DNA of 64,000 bases from Ylistrum balloti. Taxonomy: Eukaryota. Made by a program: the position numbers and the translations under genes. Below are positions 1 to 13,054 of this stretch, piece by piece. The stretch is from positions 1 through 64,000 of the forward strand of contig NW_026782282.1 of NCBI RefSeq assembly GCF_031769215.1, written 5' to 3'. Below the pieces are notes generated by a model that saw only the letters and a list, made by a program, of their open reading frames with translations, was not told the origin of the DNA and did not search any database. Within the stretch, counting starts at the first letter, position 1, and each line of letters starts with the position of its first letter.

Positions 1-3000
1 TGTCATAGCAGTTTATTTAAGTGGCTTTCGTGAAATATCCGGGTAAATATTTAGATGCTCAGTATAATTTTCTGTTGAAAATGAAACTTACTACGCAGAT
101 TTTGCGATGTCTTTGAAGCTGTCATGGTAATTACACAACAGCAAATATATGTGCAGCAGAAAATGCTGATGAAGATTTCAGATATAAGCTTCATTAAAGT
201 TTTCAATAATTAATTTATTGACAGTTGTTTTTACGATTACTTTCTCAACATCGGGTCTCAACTTATTTTATGTGTCTACAAACTTTCTTATTTACTTTTT
301 ATTGTTTTTCATTTCTATTCATTTTTTTCTGTTTTTGTTGTTGCTGTTTGGGTTGATATATTGAATTCCTGTATTTTTTCTGATACAAATAATTCACTTT
401 TATTTCCCTTCACCCATGGTATCAAAATATCAACTTGATCGTTATAGAATGTGGTAAGACTATTAATGTTATCCTTTATCAGGAATATACTTCCTTTGCC
501 TACAGTGTTTTATTCAACCTAGGCCATTCTTAAAGTGCCAGTAGAGACAATTCCAAGTGAATTAGTCTCTATCACATCCCACGCATAAGGTTAGTGATTT
601 AATGGCTGTCTGATGGTTGAACTGAAAAAAAACATTTATTGCAACCCAGGTACTGCAATTTAGACCAAGAAGGAAATTAATGCACGTAAGGTATTCCTTC
701 ATTATGACAATAGAAAGGAAGACTTAGAGGTATAGTTTTCCTCAAAGACAAGACAATATCAAACAAACATCATGATTGAACCAAAATGATTGGCAAAGAC
801 ATTCAATGCAAATGATTCTCACATAGAGAAAGCTTTCTAGTGAAATCACTCAGTTGTTATTTTCCCGTTTGTTAGTTGTGGAAAAGGATTTAGACATTAG
901 TATTGGTGTCTTAGACTAGTTTGCCTTAAGCTTTGTGACTTTTGAATGTGTGTTTTGTCTATACATGTTCGAAAATGCAAATGCAAGTAAATGGTATTTA
1001 GCATGAAGTTTGACTTTTAATCAAAGATTAGAAAAGCTTATATCATCTTTCGCTCATCTATCACCCAGTATGCATGTATTCGTTTGGTTATTGCTTCTTC
1101 TTTATGGATGGGTGAGTCATGTATGATGCATAAAGTAGTTTGTATCATTCAGATTGGCTGTTATTAAACAGAACCGTTTCCAGTACTTCTGATAAGTCAC
1201 TCTTTATTTTGATTTTGTCTCGGGAACATATTTGCGAATTCAGATCATTTGTTGATAAAATATGCCACAAAACTAATAGCAATTTGCTAGGATATTGAAC
1301 GTCTACTATTTTAATTATATGACAGTATATAATCAATCATGTGTGAAATAGAATATGCGATGGCATGTTTCAATTTCATTTTACAAAATGTATTTAAACA
1401 TAATGTGTTTCATTCAATTTATTCAAAGAACAAGCAAATAAGCATCACAACTAAAGTAAAGTTTCTTTATTTGGAACAGAACCTTGTAACTGTTGGGTTT
1501 TTTCTAAGAGATACGGATTTGAGTGTCACATGAAAATACAATGTATTTTATCCAGGAAATGATCAATTGCATTTATATTTCGAATCCGTATAAAAGGGGT
1601 TCTCAATGGAACACAATTTAAATACCAAAACAAATTACCATTTTACCTTCTAACGAACAGATGTCCTAATCGCTTCCGACTGCAGTGTTGTAATAGAATG
1701 GAAGTAAGATCAGATAGATGCAGAATTTTCCCGGGTTACTGCTTAACACGCCAACTCCTTTTTAATGGATGGCGGATATGTAGATTTACGCTTGTTAGGT
1801 GATGTAAATAAAAGATGTCTGTTTTGGTTATTCTTATAAAGCTGAACATTTCTTAAGAAATTACTTAAAAGATCAAGATAGTTATCATTAGAGACAACGA
1901 TAACCGAAATGTGTTCTTAATACAGAATACTTATTGATTATATCAAGGGTGCACATATGTCAACTACCTACCATCGAAAGACTTAAAAAAAATAACAAAT
2001 CGGTTTATTGTAATCATATGACCATATAAACATCATAAATGTAGTAAATGAAGTTGCTTGGTATTGCTTTTAGGCTCTCGCTGTTGTCGTTTGCTTCTTT
2101 TATGAGACGCTGACATTCTGCTCTCATTAATACACAGCCCTGATCTTTAAGCGTGTATTTATCCTATCGTTGAATGTTGAGTCAGTAAGACTCTGGTGTC
2201 AATATTACATTTATAACATTTAAAGTTCAGGGAAAATAAAAAAAATATACATTGAAAAATCAAATACAGAAATATATTGATATGACTTGTTAGGAAAGTG
2301 CCAGCATAGAAGAAACAATAATTTGTCAAAATTTATATTTATAAAGTCAAAATTCTTTTGCCCATGATACTTTTGCAGTCATTGTGTGCCTCTTTTCATC
2401 AAAAGTATCTCAAAAATGTTCACCGAATAAAATATGTAGTTGATATATCAAAGGCAATAAAGACGACTTGTACAAACGAAATATATCAATATGTGGTTTG
2501 GCCAAAATAGACTCTAGCTCTGTTCTTTATGAAATTTATGCAATTCTGACCTTCATCAAAACAAAAAGTCAACGCTATGTTCCAAAGCCATTCATATCGT
2601 CAACATTAAATAGCAAATTGATTTGTGTTTACCGATTATATGCTTTGTTTCAAACAAGTTTGCATATCGTCATATTAGAATGAAAGAAGTAACGTTTTAA
2701 GTTGATGGTGAAAACGAGAGAAGCAAACCTTCGTTCATTTTTATTTTACTAATTAAAACTTTTTTTTAAATTCGTTTTATACACATATAAATGCTACAAT
2801 AATGGACTTTTATTTGTTGTTATGAAATTAAATACGTTTGATATTCCTCATCAAACTATAGCGATTGATAACGTTTGGATATGTGAGGGAAAATTTCTAA
2901 TATGAGATATATTTGTGAAAATTACAAATAGAAAACTATTTATGTTGTCTATTTTTTCTCGGTACATAGTGTAGTGTCAGCACAATACTTATTTAGGAGA

Positions 3001-6000
3001 AAATATAACCTGATAAACGGTGATTATATGTCATATAAACATATATTGAAATGCTTGCCTAATCACATTTCAGTCTTGTCATTTCTGTCATATTTTCCGC
3101 GAATATGTTGTTTAGTGAAGATGTATTTAGGTATTCCGCTACAAATACAATTTGTATGTATGTATCATCAGTTCGATAACTTTCAACATTAATAGCTAGA
3201 TAGTAATGATCAGGAAGAAAAGAAATATACAGTCACAAAATTGGTTGAAATTTATTATCCTGCTATGGAGGATTCCGATACAATTCTTTTGCCTTAATCG
3301 CTGGCTCGTCTATATTACATAAAATTATTTATCTATGATTTTATCATGTACAATCGGTGTCTATGTAGGAAGAAAAGTCAATTTAAAATCAATAATATCC
3401 ATACTTACAACATCCTTCCACACCCTACGATTGTTTAAGGGACTAATTGCTTATATTTCGTTATTATTCCCATGCGTGTGATTTCGGTTTAGCGTTTGTT
3501 TCTTAAAGTTAGACTGTTCACAATTTGTCAGAAAAATTGATAAAGATTATCTGCATCTATCTAACAATGGTCGACACTCCATATTGTATATACCCCATTT
3601 GCTGTTTTGATTGGAGAAAGCAGATTTCAACACTTGACCTTTTGGAAACCCGTTTTAACCTGGTATGATTTTTAAATTTTCCCGCATCGCGCAGACGCAA
3701 AAATATTGTTTACACTCGCTAAACTATAATGATATGAATTGTTGTTGGGTCGCTCCTATCTCATTCTAATTTTTTGACGTTTTTAATAAAATGATATTCA
3801 AATGTTTAGATATTATAATTAACAAAAAGCCAAAACTTTTAATAGACATTTAAATGTTAAAATGTTTTTAGCAATTATGAAATGGAAATTTAACCATTTA
3901 GTCACTTTAAGTTGATGCAGATCTTTAATGTAGCTTTTTCTCACTCCTTGGTTTTATCATATAGACCTATAGGACAAAGCAGCCTAAGAAAATAATAATC
4001 CTATCAGGGGACAATCCTTACCTAAGTTTTGAAGTTTACTATCTATATCTCATGAATGTTCTGTGAAATTCCGTAGAAATTCCCGGAAGACAGGATGCAA
4101 TTGGCAATAGCTCAGAACACTAACGTTTTCAATTCAATACAGCATCAACAACCAAAAGGTCTTACATTTTACAAGGAACTTTCTATTTTTTTTCTCTCAG
4201 GCGTCATTAATAGATCAATAAGTGGTGTTCCTAACCAATTATATCGAAAATCCCTCAGCTGTTCGGATTCACATTTGGCTGACAAACATATTGCTGTTTG
4301 ATAACATCTCGATGCACGAAACTTAAACAGGATTATTTGACGCATGATGTTAAATTTTCTGTCAGGTTTTATTTCTGTATTGCACGTTATGTATGGATAA
4401 ATTAAATAAACAGTCAGACTTGAGGGGCGGTGAGAGTTCCTTATAAGAAGTCTTTGGTGTTTTGGCTGAAAACAAAATTGCAATTGTTTTTCTTTTTACG
4501 TCATATGGTAGAACACTGTTAGATGAGAAACAATACTACAACCGAGCCATCTGGCAATTATTTCTACAATACTGAAGCTCGTTAATTGGGTGATGTCATT
4601 ATCTAAGTAAAGCGCAAGTACGAGGTGATCGATTTATACGGCATTAACTTTGGCGGGTATAATTATAACTTTTCTAACGCTGCACCATTATTCTCTTATC
4701 TGAAAATTGGGTATCAAGGCTTATTAAAGCTTCAGAGCAGTCTGTCGTTGCTCAAAATGTTTATGTGTTACAGATAGTACAATAGCTTTCATTACCTCCT
4801 TTTGAAGACAGAATTTGAAACACATTTTAAGCTCGGTGTTAGGTTAATAGGAAAATGTTTTAAAACATATTTTTTAGATCAAGAGGAATGATCTCGTCCA
4901 ACCCGAGAAGAGAGCGTTGCGAGGATTACAACTACAGCAATAACCAAACTCTGGTTGTTTCGTTGTAAATCTATCCTCTATTTGACAATATTGTATAGAA
5001 CATTTACTGATAAATGAAGCAATGATATCAACGATATTTTTCAGCTTAAAATCTAACAACAATGCCGAATGGTATCTATGAAACACCGTGATATGCAGTG
5101 TTATTCGTCTTCTACTTTTTCAAGGGTCTACATATTTTATGTTCTTTTTTCATATTTTGCCGAGTTTGATCGAATTTCAGTCTGAAATACTTTTCTGTTG
5201 ATATGTAGGTATTTTCTAGGTTGTTTTGCTTGGCATTAACACGTTTTTAATTCATCTGATACCGTACTTTAATGATCTTTAGAACCATAGAATTAAGACT
5301 ACTTCAGTGCGATTACAAACTATAAGCCTTTGTTTTGAAAAAGCTTCATCTTCAGCTGGAACTTGGTGTGGTGTACGTTCTAGCGCTTAAAAAGGGGATT
5401 ACTTTGTGTTCAACATTCTATAGTCGAAGGCGTCATTATCGATGTGTTTTCCTACTATTCTGAGTAGGAGTAGTCCCAGAAGACGTCTAGAAATTATCAT
5501 CACTCAGTGAGACTGCTAATAATGACTGATTTTAGTACAGTTTTCCTGGATATTGTCATTTTCATAGGTACATCGAGTGTGTACCAAATTGACCAGTCGG
5601 TTTTCCTAAAAACCTATGGTATATATGTATATGTATATGAATTACGACCTAGTAATTTTTTGGTATCAACCAATGAAGTCCAACTATTTGAATTTTACAA
5701 TATCCGAATTACGAGAAAACGATATATCGCTTGATTTACAGCAGTTTGAAAACAGCGACGACACGTAAAATAAGATATTCTACAATTTTCAGATATTTCA
5801 TTTTTACTTTATTTATGTCTCTGTGAAATGATATAGTTATAGATACCTCTAGGAAAATTACAACACTAGCTGGCTAGCTAATATTACAAACATGTAGGTA
5901 GGTGGAGTGCCATGCAGATCTTAGCGGTTACCTTGCGTTTGCGTTTTCCAAGCTCAAGTATAGAGGTGAAATAGGAATAAGTTATTTTTTAACCTATGTA

Positions 6001-6311
6001 CCATAGAATTTTCATATCCAAGAAAAACACCTCCTCTCGTAAAACATCGTTCCTCTCGTTTTCGCACCGAAAAAAAGATAATGTCTCAGTGTCGTTCTCA
6101 AACATCTGTTATATCTTATTCAAACAATTTTTGATATCCGATTGCAAACAGCGAAATCAATTCCAAAGGCTTGGCACATTATGCATGAAACCGTATAGTT
6201 CTAGTAGCGAAATATGCAATATGTTTTATTACACTTGCTGCATTACCAATATCTTACAAACGTATATGTGTAGTATCAATGTTTGACCTAATCTATTTCT
6301 GTATGTTGCAG

Positions 6312-6755
6312 CTTATCAAAATGATGGCGACTGTTGTGATATTCTATGCGTTGTGTTGGCTGCCTCTACATGTGGTGACCTTGGTAGGTGAACAAGACCC
6401 TACCATCTACAACAGGCCCCATATGCCAGTAGTCTGGGTGTTCTGTCACTGGCTGGCCATGAGTAACAGCTGCTATAACCCAATCATTTACATCTACATG
6501 AGCCCAAAGTTCAGGACAGGTCTAAAATTAGCCGTACAGAAATGTGCCCGGATGCGGAAGCAGTCCATGAACTGTGATTCTGATGACGAGGACACACAGG
6601 CCAAAGGTCAACATAAACAATTGGTTCTTAAAATGGAAATGAAATCTTCGAAACCATGCCCTTTAAAGGGACGGAACGGAAACTGTCAATTAATGTTTGA
6701 AAAAATATTATCCGAAGAATATATGATGCCAGTTAGTATCCATAGCGACACGTGA
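6312..6755 (+). CDS. Terminal coding exon (TM6, TM7, C-tail) of a class A neuropeptide GPCR, RYamide/luqin/tachykinin-receptor-like
   Basis: Acceptor tatttctgtatgttgcag ends at 6311 and is in frame with ORF 6279-6755. The translation has the TM6 motif CWLP and the TM7 motif HWLAMSNSCYNPIIY (NPxxY), then helix 8 (KFRTGLK) and a nearby Cys. Upstream exons were not found in 1-6300 and probably lie outside the window. Confidence 0.9.
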   Translation, partial: LIKMMATVVIFYALCWLPLHVVTLVGEQDPTIYNRPHMPVVWVFCHWLAMSNSCYNPIIYIYMSPKFRTGLKLAVQKCARMRKQSMNCDSDDEDTQAKGQHKQLVLKMEMKSSKPCPLKGRNGNCQLMFEKILSEEYMMPVSIHSDT

Positions 6756-7486
6756 CGTGGATTGATATGTGATAATGTTAATTTACTTACTCGTGATATA
6801 TATAGATTGATACTTGACACGTATTGAATGTAAAAGCTTCCAATGAAGTGTTTATTTATAAGGATATATAAGTATGGTACACGATAGAACAGACAATAGG
6901 ATTTTAGAGAAGATGTTTGTTTCACTTATGCTATTTGAAGGTATTATTTCGGTCAATTCAGGTTAAAAGTTCATTTACAACTGAAAAAATCTCAGAGAAG
7001 AGAGCCGGTTTTGTTTTTTTCTTCGAATTAGCACAGGATGATAAAAAAAACAGTTCCGTCTTTAGGGAGGAGAATTTGATTCCTACTACAAATATCATAA
7101 CTACAGTATTACTCTTCTAGACTGTACTCTTTGTGTTACGTCAAATTGTTTCCCAAAGTCGTCTTATCAAATGCAGTCATACTCTGATTAATGCCACACA
7201 AATGAAAGTGCAAATTTTCACCCATATCATACCAAATACAAAACTGTAGTTATATATTTTTGTAGAGGTATATACATATATGTAGGGACACATTGCAACA
7301 TCAGTTGAAAACGTTTTGAACAAACCATCAGTTAGACTCATAGGGGTGCACAGCATTTATTGCATTTTCTTTTTTATGAAAAGCAAAAACACGGAAGCCA
7401 ATATTTACAATAACGTCCATCCAACATGTGACCTGGCTTTACATTGTTCATTCAGTGAAGCCACATTCTCGTATTCAGTCTGTGAT

Positions 7487-7534
7487 GCTGTGAATTCTTG
7501 ACCCCAGACTGCTGTGAATTCTTGACCCCAGACA
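7487..7534. repeat. Short direct duplication (24 bp x2) followed by degenerate repeats
   Basis: tgctgtgaattcttgaccccagac occurs twice in tandem. Recurring tcattgtatccggtcagtga and tctcgaattcagt motifs continue to about 7830. Confidence 0.6.
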
Positions 7535-9124
7535 TTGATTCTACATATTTTTTATTGGTGATGTTTTGTATCATGCTTCAATTGTATTCGGTGACGATGG
7601 TTTATTCTCGTTATCAATTAGTGATACAATATCATTGTATCCGGTCAGTGATGTTTATTTCTCGAATTCAGTTATTGAGACAACTATCGCATTCGGCAAA
7701 TGATGCTTAATCATTGTACTCAGTCAGTGAGACAATTATCGTATCTAGCATGATGCTTAATTCTCGAATTCAGTCAGTGGTGCTCAATTCTCAAATACAA
7801 TGAAACAATATCATTGTATACAGTAAGTGATATGGTATCATTGTTTCAAGGCAAGTTATAAATAATGTTAAATATATTGTTTTGTTGTATGCAACTTTCG
7901 TATATGCCATGAGCAATAAATAAATAAATAAACAAACCGGTGCGGTATCTGTTGTTACCAGTGGCATAAAATCGTTATGGTGTTTTTACATATCAACAAA
8001 TGGATTTTATTAAATTTGTGGCATTGCTTTGTTTTCATGAGAAGATATAACAGCCATATATAATCGGAGGAAGTGAGGAAATGCAGTTATGTACGATGTA
8101 CACATATTAAAGTGATATGTAATGTAAAAATATTAATTTTGACGGGTTATTATTTTGTTGAATTCGTGGGTAAATTCGTTGATTCATATGATAACGAATC
8201 CCTTTCAAAACTGTTATAGTACATGCAGATTCATTGACAAGTATTTATCAATATATGAAATCATATGTCCAAAATTAGATACAATTGTATTTCTTTTTTT
8301 TTTATTTCTTATTTTAAAAAAAACCCACGAAAATTCGAACCCAAAGAAAAAAAAACAGATTTGACAGTATGTTATGTATAACTATGTACGGTATAGCGCT
8401 TTACAGTCATTGATATAAATAGAAATAGTGGACACAAAACACGTAAAGAAAACATTTAATCATGTCAGCAATAAATATAGTATAACATGAATTGTTCATT
8501 ATGACTAGTAAACACAAGAAAATAAAATGTAAACGAATAAGACTTTGGATGAAAGAACTTTATCAATAGCTATGTGCTATTTACGATAGTTTTTACCCTG
8601 GAAATGATGAGTTAGTCGTAATCAAAAAAATTTATTACCACACGAACATTCCATATTATACAGAATTAAATACATTCGTCAATTATACACCAAGTAATCC
8701 AACTGAGGGTTTGAGTAAAAAAATTATATTCTTTGATGATTTATTGAATGAGTATTTAACAATCGCTAAGTGCGTACACGTAAGAGAAAATGTTAAGCTA
8801 ATTGCATTGCTCGATTAAGTAGGGAACTTGCATCATAAATGTGAAATGTAAAATGTAAAATGGATATCATCCATCACAACGAATCGAATCAAAGCATGTA
8901 TTAAGATATATGAAAGGTAATAAATTTCAATGCAGCAATGAATGTATTGTGTGGCTCGTTTGTGGTAGACCTGTTTTTGTCTTATTTCACTGTCAAATTG
9001 ATTTATAGTGTGATTAGCAAATAGAAGACATTTACTTTCGACTTTTTACACGAGGATTGTTGCAATATAGTTTTTTAGGTAATAGCAATTTACTTCAGTA
9101 GAGGATAAAAGTTAGCTTTGTAGA

Positions 9125-10340
9125 TGGATGTTGTGTGACTTTACATGAGAGAAAAGTCTGATTTCACAGAAGGATGGTGTGTGACTTTACATGAGAGAAA
9201 AGTCTGATTTCACAGAAGGATGGTGTGTGACTATAAATGAGAGAAAAGTCTGATTTCACAGAAGGATTGTGTGTGATTTTACATGAGAGAAAAGTCTGAT
9301 TTCACAGAAGGATTGTGTGTGATTTTACATGAGAGAAAAGTCTGATTTCACAGAAGGATTGTGTGTGATTTTACATGAGAGAAAAGTCTGATTTCACAGA
9401 AGGATGGTGTGTGACTTTACATGAGAGAAAAGTCTGATTTCATAGAAGGATGGTGTGTGACTTTACATGAGAGAAAAGTCTGATTTCACAGAAGGATGGT
9501 GTGTGACTTTACATGAGAGAAAAGTCTGATTTCACAGAAGGATTGTGTGTGATTTTACATGAGAGAAAAGTCTGATTTCACAGAAGGATGGTGTGTGACT
9601 TTACATGAGAGAAAAGTCTGATTTCACAGAAGGATTGTGTGTGATTTTACATGAGAGAAAAGTCTGATTTCACAGAAGGATTGTGTGTGATTTTACATGA
9701 GAGAAAAGTCTGATTTCACAGAAGGACGGTGTGTGACTATAAATGAGAGAAAAGTCTGATTTCATAGAAGGATGGTGTGTGATTTTCCATGAGAGAAAAG
9801 TCTGATTTCACAGAAGGATGGTGTGTGACTTTACATGGGAGAAAATTCTGATTTCACAGAAGGATGGTGTGTGACTTTACATGAGAGAAAAGTCTGATTT
9901 CACAGAAGAATGGTGTGTGACTTTACATGAGAGAAAAGTCTGATTTCACAGAAGGATGGTGTGTGACTTTACATGAGAGAAAAGTCTGATTTCACAGAAG
10001 GATGGTGTGTGACTTTACATGAGAGAAAAGTCTGATTTCACAGAAGAATGGTGTGTGACTTTACATGAGAGAAAAGTCTGATTTCACAGAAGGATGGTGT
10101 GTGACTTTACATGAGAGAAAAGTCTGATTTCACAGAAGGATGGTGTGTGACTTTACATGAGAGAAAATTCTGATTTCACAGAAGGATGGTGTGTAACTTT
10201 ACATGAGAGAAAAGTCTGATTTCACAGAAGGATGGTGTGTAACTTTACATGAGAGAAAATTCTGATTTCACAGAAGGATGGTGTGTGACTTTACATGAGA
10301 GTATAGTTTGACTTCACAGGATGATGGTATGTGATTTTAC
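9125..10340. repeat. 46-bp tandem minisatellite, about 26 copies
   Basis: Unit acatgagagaaaagtctgatttcacagaaggatggtgtgtgacttt. Period checked (gtga at 9181 and 9227). Copies differ by a few recurrent variants and there are no spacers. Confidence 0.97.
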
Positions 10341-12469
10341 ATTATAAAGTAAATGTGTCATTGAAATCAAAGAATTAGCTCGTGGCTCCATAGGAAAATA
10401 TTGTGTGATTTTAAACTAGAATAGCATACCAGTTCTTACGAGAAAATAACATGATTTCCCAAGAGCACAGGATGGTATACAAGGGATGTAATGTAACAAA
10501 AAGTTAGTGTATTAATCTATGTGGTTTATCCCAATAATGAGCCTCTCATCTTGATTCGATATATATGCCAAATGGCACTAAAACTATTTGGTTTACCAAG
10601 TTAAGCAAACCATTTTGAAATAATCCAACTTTTGGGATAAAATTACAAAGTAAAATTGGCCTTGAACGATTACGTAAGGTGTAATCATGCTCTTATGAAA
10701 TGAAATATAATAATCTCCTTTTCTCTTAAACAGCAATTAAACGCTTGAGGCGCATACTTTAGAGCTCGTATATATATCTAAAAACATTGGGAGGATTTTT
10801 TTTTTGACAGAATAACGTAATTACATCAATATATTTCGTTTCAAATAAAGTGAATTTGAAATGGTTATAGTTTCCTTGTGGAACCAGAAATATGTTTTAT
10901 TTCCAACGTTTGTAACTGTAAAGCATATTCATTTTTGACCATGTATAACATGATTAATTATCGAGAAAAAAACGAATCACATACAGTTTGTTCAACTCTT
11001 ATCATACACTGTATAGTTGTTTTGTATCACACTTTCAAAAACCTATGCACAACATTCTGTAATGCACATGTGTATATTGCTGTGAATTGTATCAGGTTTT
11101 AAACGAGTAGTACGTGTAAGCAATAGGAAGTATCGAGGACCCAAATTAGTTTCCATAGTCATAGTATTTTGCAATATCAAACTAAATGAGCCCAAATACA
11201 TTTTTTTAACTTTTAGAGTCATAATTTAGCAGAAACCATTAATATTTAATGGATATATATGAAATTGTGTATATTTGTTTATTTTCAGAATACAGACTCG
11301 ATAAGACATACCCTTTATCATATACATAGTAGCTTGTTCCTTTAGAAACTACCAAGTCATTTTTTCTCAACTGCGAGATTTAAACTTACGCACACCAAGT
11401 TTGTTTAATATATTTTTGCATGAATGGTATAAGAGAGAAAATATCAAAATTTGCATAGTTTTATTGAAATCAAAATACAAGTAAATATCGGTTCCTAATT
11501 AAGAAATCTGTGAAACATATGCTTACAAAACATGTGTCTTTATGACTTTGTATCTGTATATAATGTTGGTATTTATTAATGGAATGGTGACGAGTTGGTA
11601 ACCCAAGATGACATCGACACAGTAACCCTTCGCGTCATCTGAAGTGTGATATACAGGCTCATAGTAATTTCGTTTGGACATACAGTTTCGTGTCTATTGA
11701 ATGGGTTGCATGAGCAATCATTTCATTATGCATACAAAGACAAAAAATCCAGAAAACATAGTAGTCTCATAGTTCTCGTTTGTTGTCTGAAAGGATCGAT
11801 TCTTGTATGTGTAGCGACATCTGATTTCCAGTATTGTTTTTCCGGTACAGTTCCGCAGACACTCGTGACAGGCCCCGTCTCCATAACCTCCGGTCTTTAC
11901 CTAATTAGCTAAATGGATTGGTCCAATACCATGTCAACAAATAAACTTTTATTCGCGAATTCGATATCAATTTTTCGTTTAATTTGAATCTTCCAATAGT
12001 TGTACAAGATATCTAATTTTATATATCATATCATACGCCTTTATATTGTATATACATTGGAACGTCATACTTTTTCATTTTTTGCTAAGAAGAAATATAT
12101 GAGTTGTAGTTTCATTATTTTACACTTGATCATTGTGACAGACACTTCATTGAATAAATTTTGACACAACATCTAAAATGGCAACAAGCACTCCTAAGCA
12201 TAATTTTATATTAAGAAATATTAGCGACCATTTTCAACCTCAAACAAAATATAAATGGATAAAACGAAATAAAAAAAAACAACTAATAGCTCAATTTGAT
12301 TTTCGCCACATTCAATCATAATATTCTAGGGATAAATCTACAAAGAACAGTGGAATACTTATGTGCTGACAATTGTTAATATTTTATCTTGCTAAAGATA
12401 ATGATACGCTGTTGTTAATAATTTAAAACGAGCAAAATTTGTAATTTGGAATTAAATAAAAAATATACT

Positions 12470-13054
12470 ACAATAAGCAAATTCATGGAATTTATATCCC
12501 CCGCTTTCCAAACATATTGTAAGTTAATATTTTAGAGGTTAGGAGTAAACATGTCATAATGCTATGTAGAATGATATATTCTCTTGAGCTAAGATGTATT
12601 GCTTTAAAGCCAAAGAAAGATGTAAAGGATTATAGAGAGTAGATGTTTTATTGGACATATCAAATATTAACCAATAAAGTGAACTAATTGAAGAAAACTT
12701 ACATACTAGTAATTAAATGTAACAGATGATGGTGATTGCTGAACTCAGTCTTATGTGCCCTAACATGCATCTGCTGACCAAGTTTCGTCTAAATCGGATT
12801 ATATTTAGGGAAATTAGAGCATGGAAATGAATCGACCAATGAAATCAAAGGATACCTCATTAATATGCATAATTATTAACAGATGACACTGGTAGTCTAA
12901 CTCAGTCTTAATGACCCCAAGATACATCTGCTGACCAAGTTTCACCCAAATTGGATGATATTTGGGGAAGTTAGAACACGGATACGAAAGTGTGACGGAC
13001 GGACGGACGAACCCAAATTAATATCCCCGTTTCGGTGAAAGCGGGGGATAATAA
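12470..13054 (+). mobile_element. Helentron-associated non-autonomous element (HINE-like)
   Basis: Perfect 14-bp inverted repeat tatcccccgctttc (12495-12508) / gaaagcgggggata (13037-13050), a 3' hairpin at 13021-13050, a (GGAC)n microsatellite at about 12995-13010, and two internal ~160-bp tandem units at about 12720 and 12880. Confidence 0.75.

Noticed and set aside
420-840. Possible decayed coding fragment of a mobile element
   Set aside because: All frames I translated contain stops and no recognisable motif.
1-6300. Upstream exons of the GPCR
   Set aside because: No TM1-TM5 or DRY-like sequence and no suitable phase-0 donor were found; short ORFs here look like AT-rich noise.
9125-10340. 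CRISPR-like appearance of the regular repeat
   Set aside because: Units are contiguous with no unique spacers, there are no cas genes, and the context is eukaryotic.
11600-11920. Slightly GC-richer island with short ORFs on both strands
   Set aside because: No convincing splice sites or protein motif.
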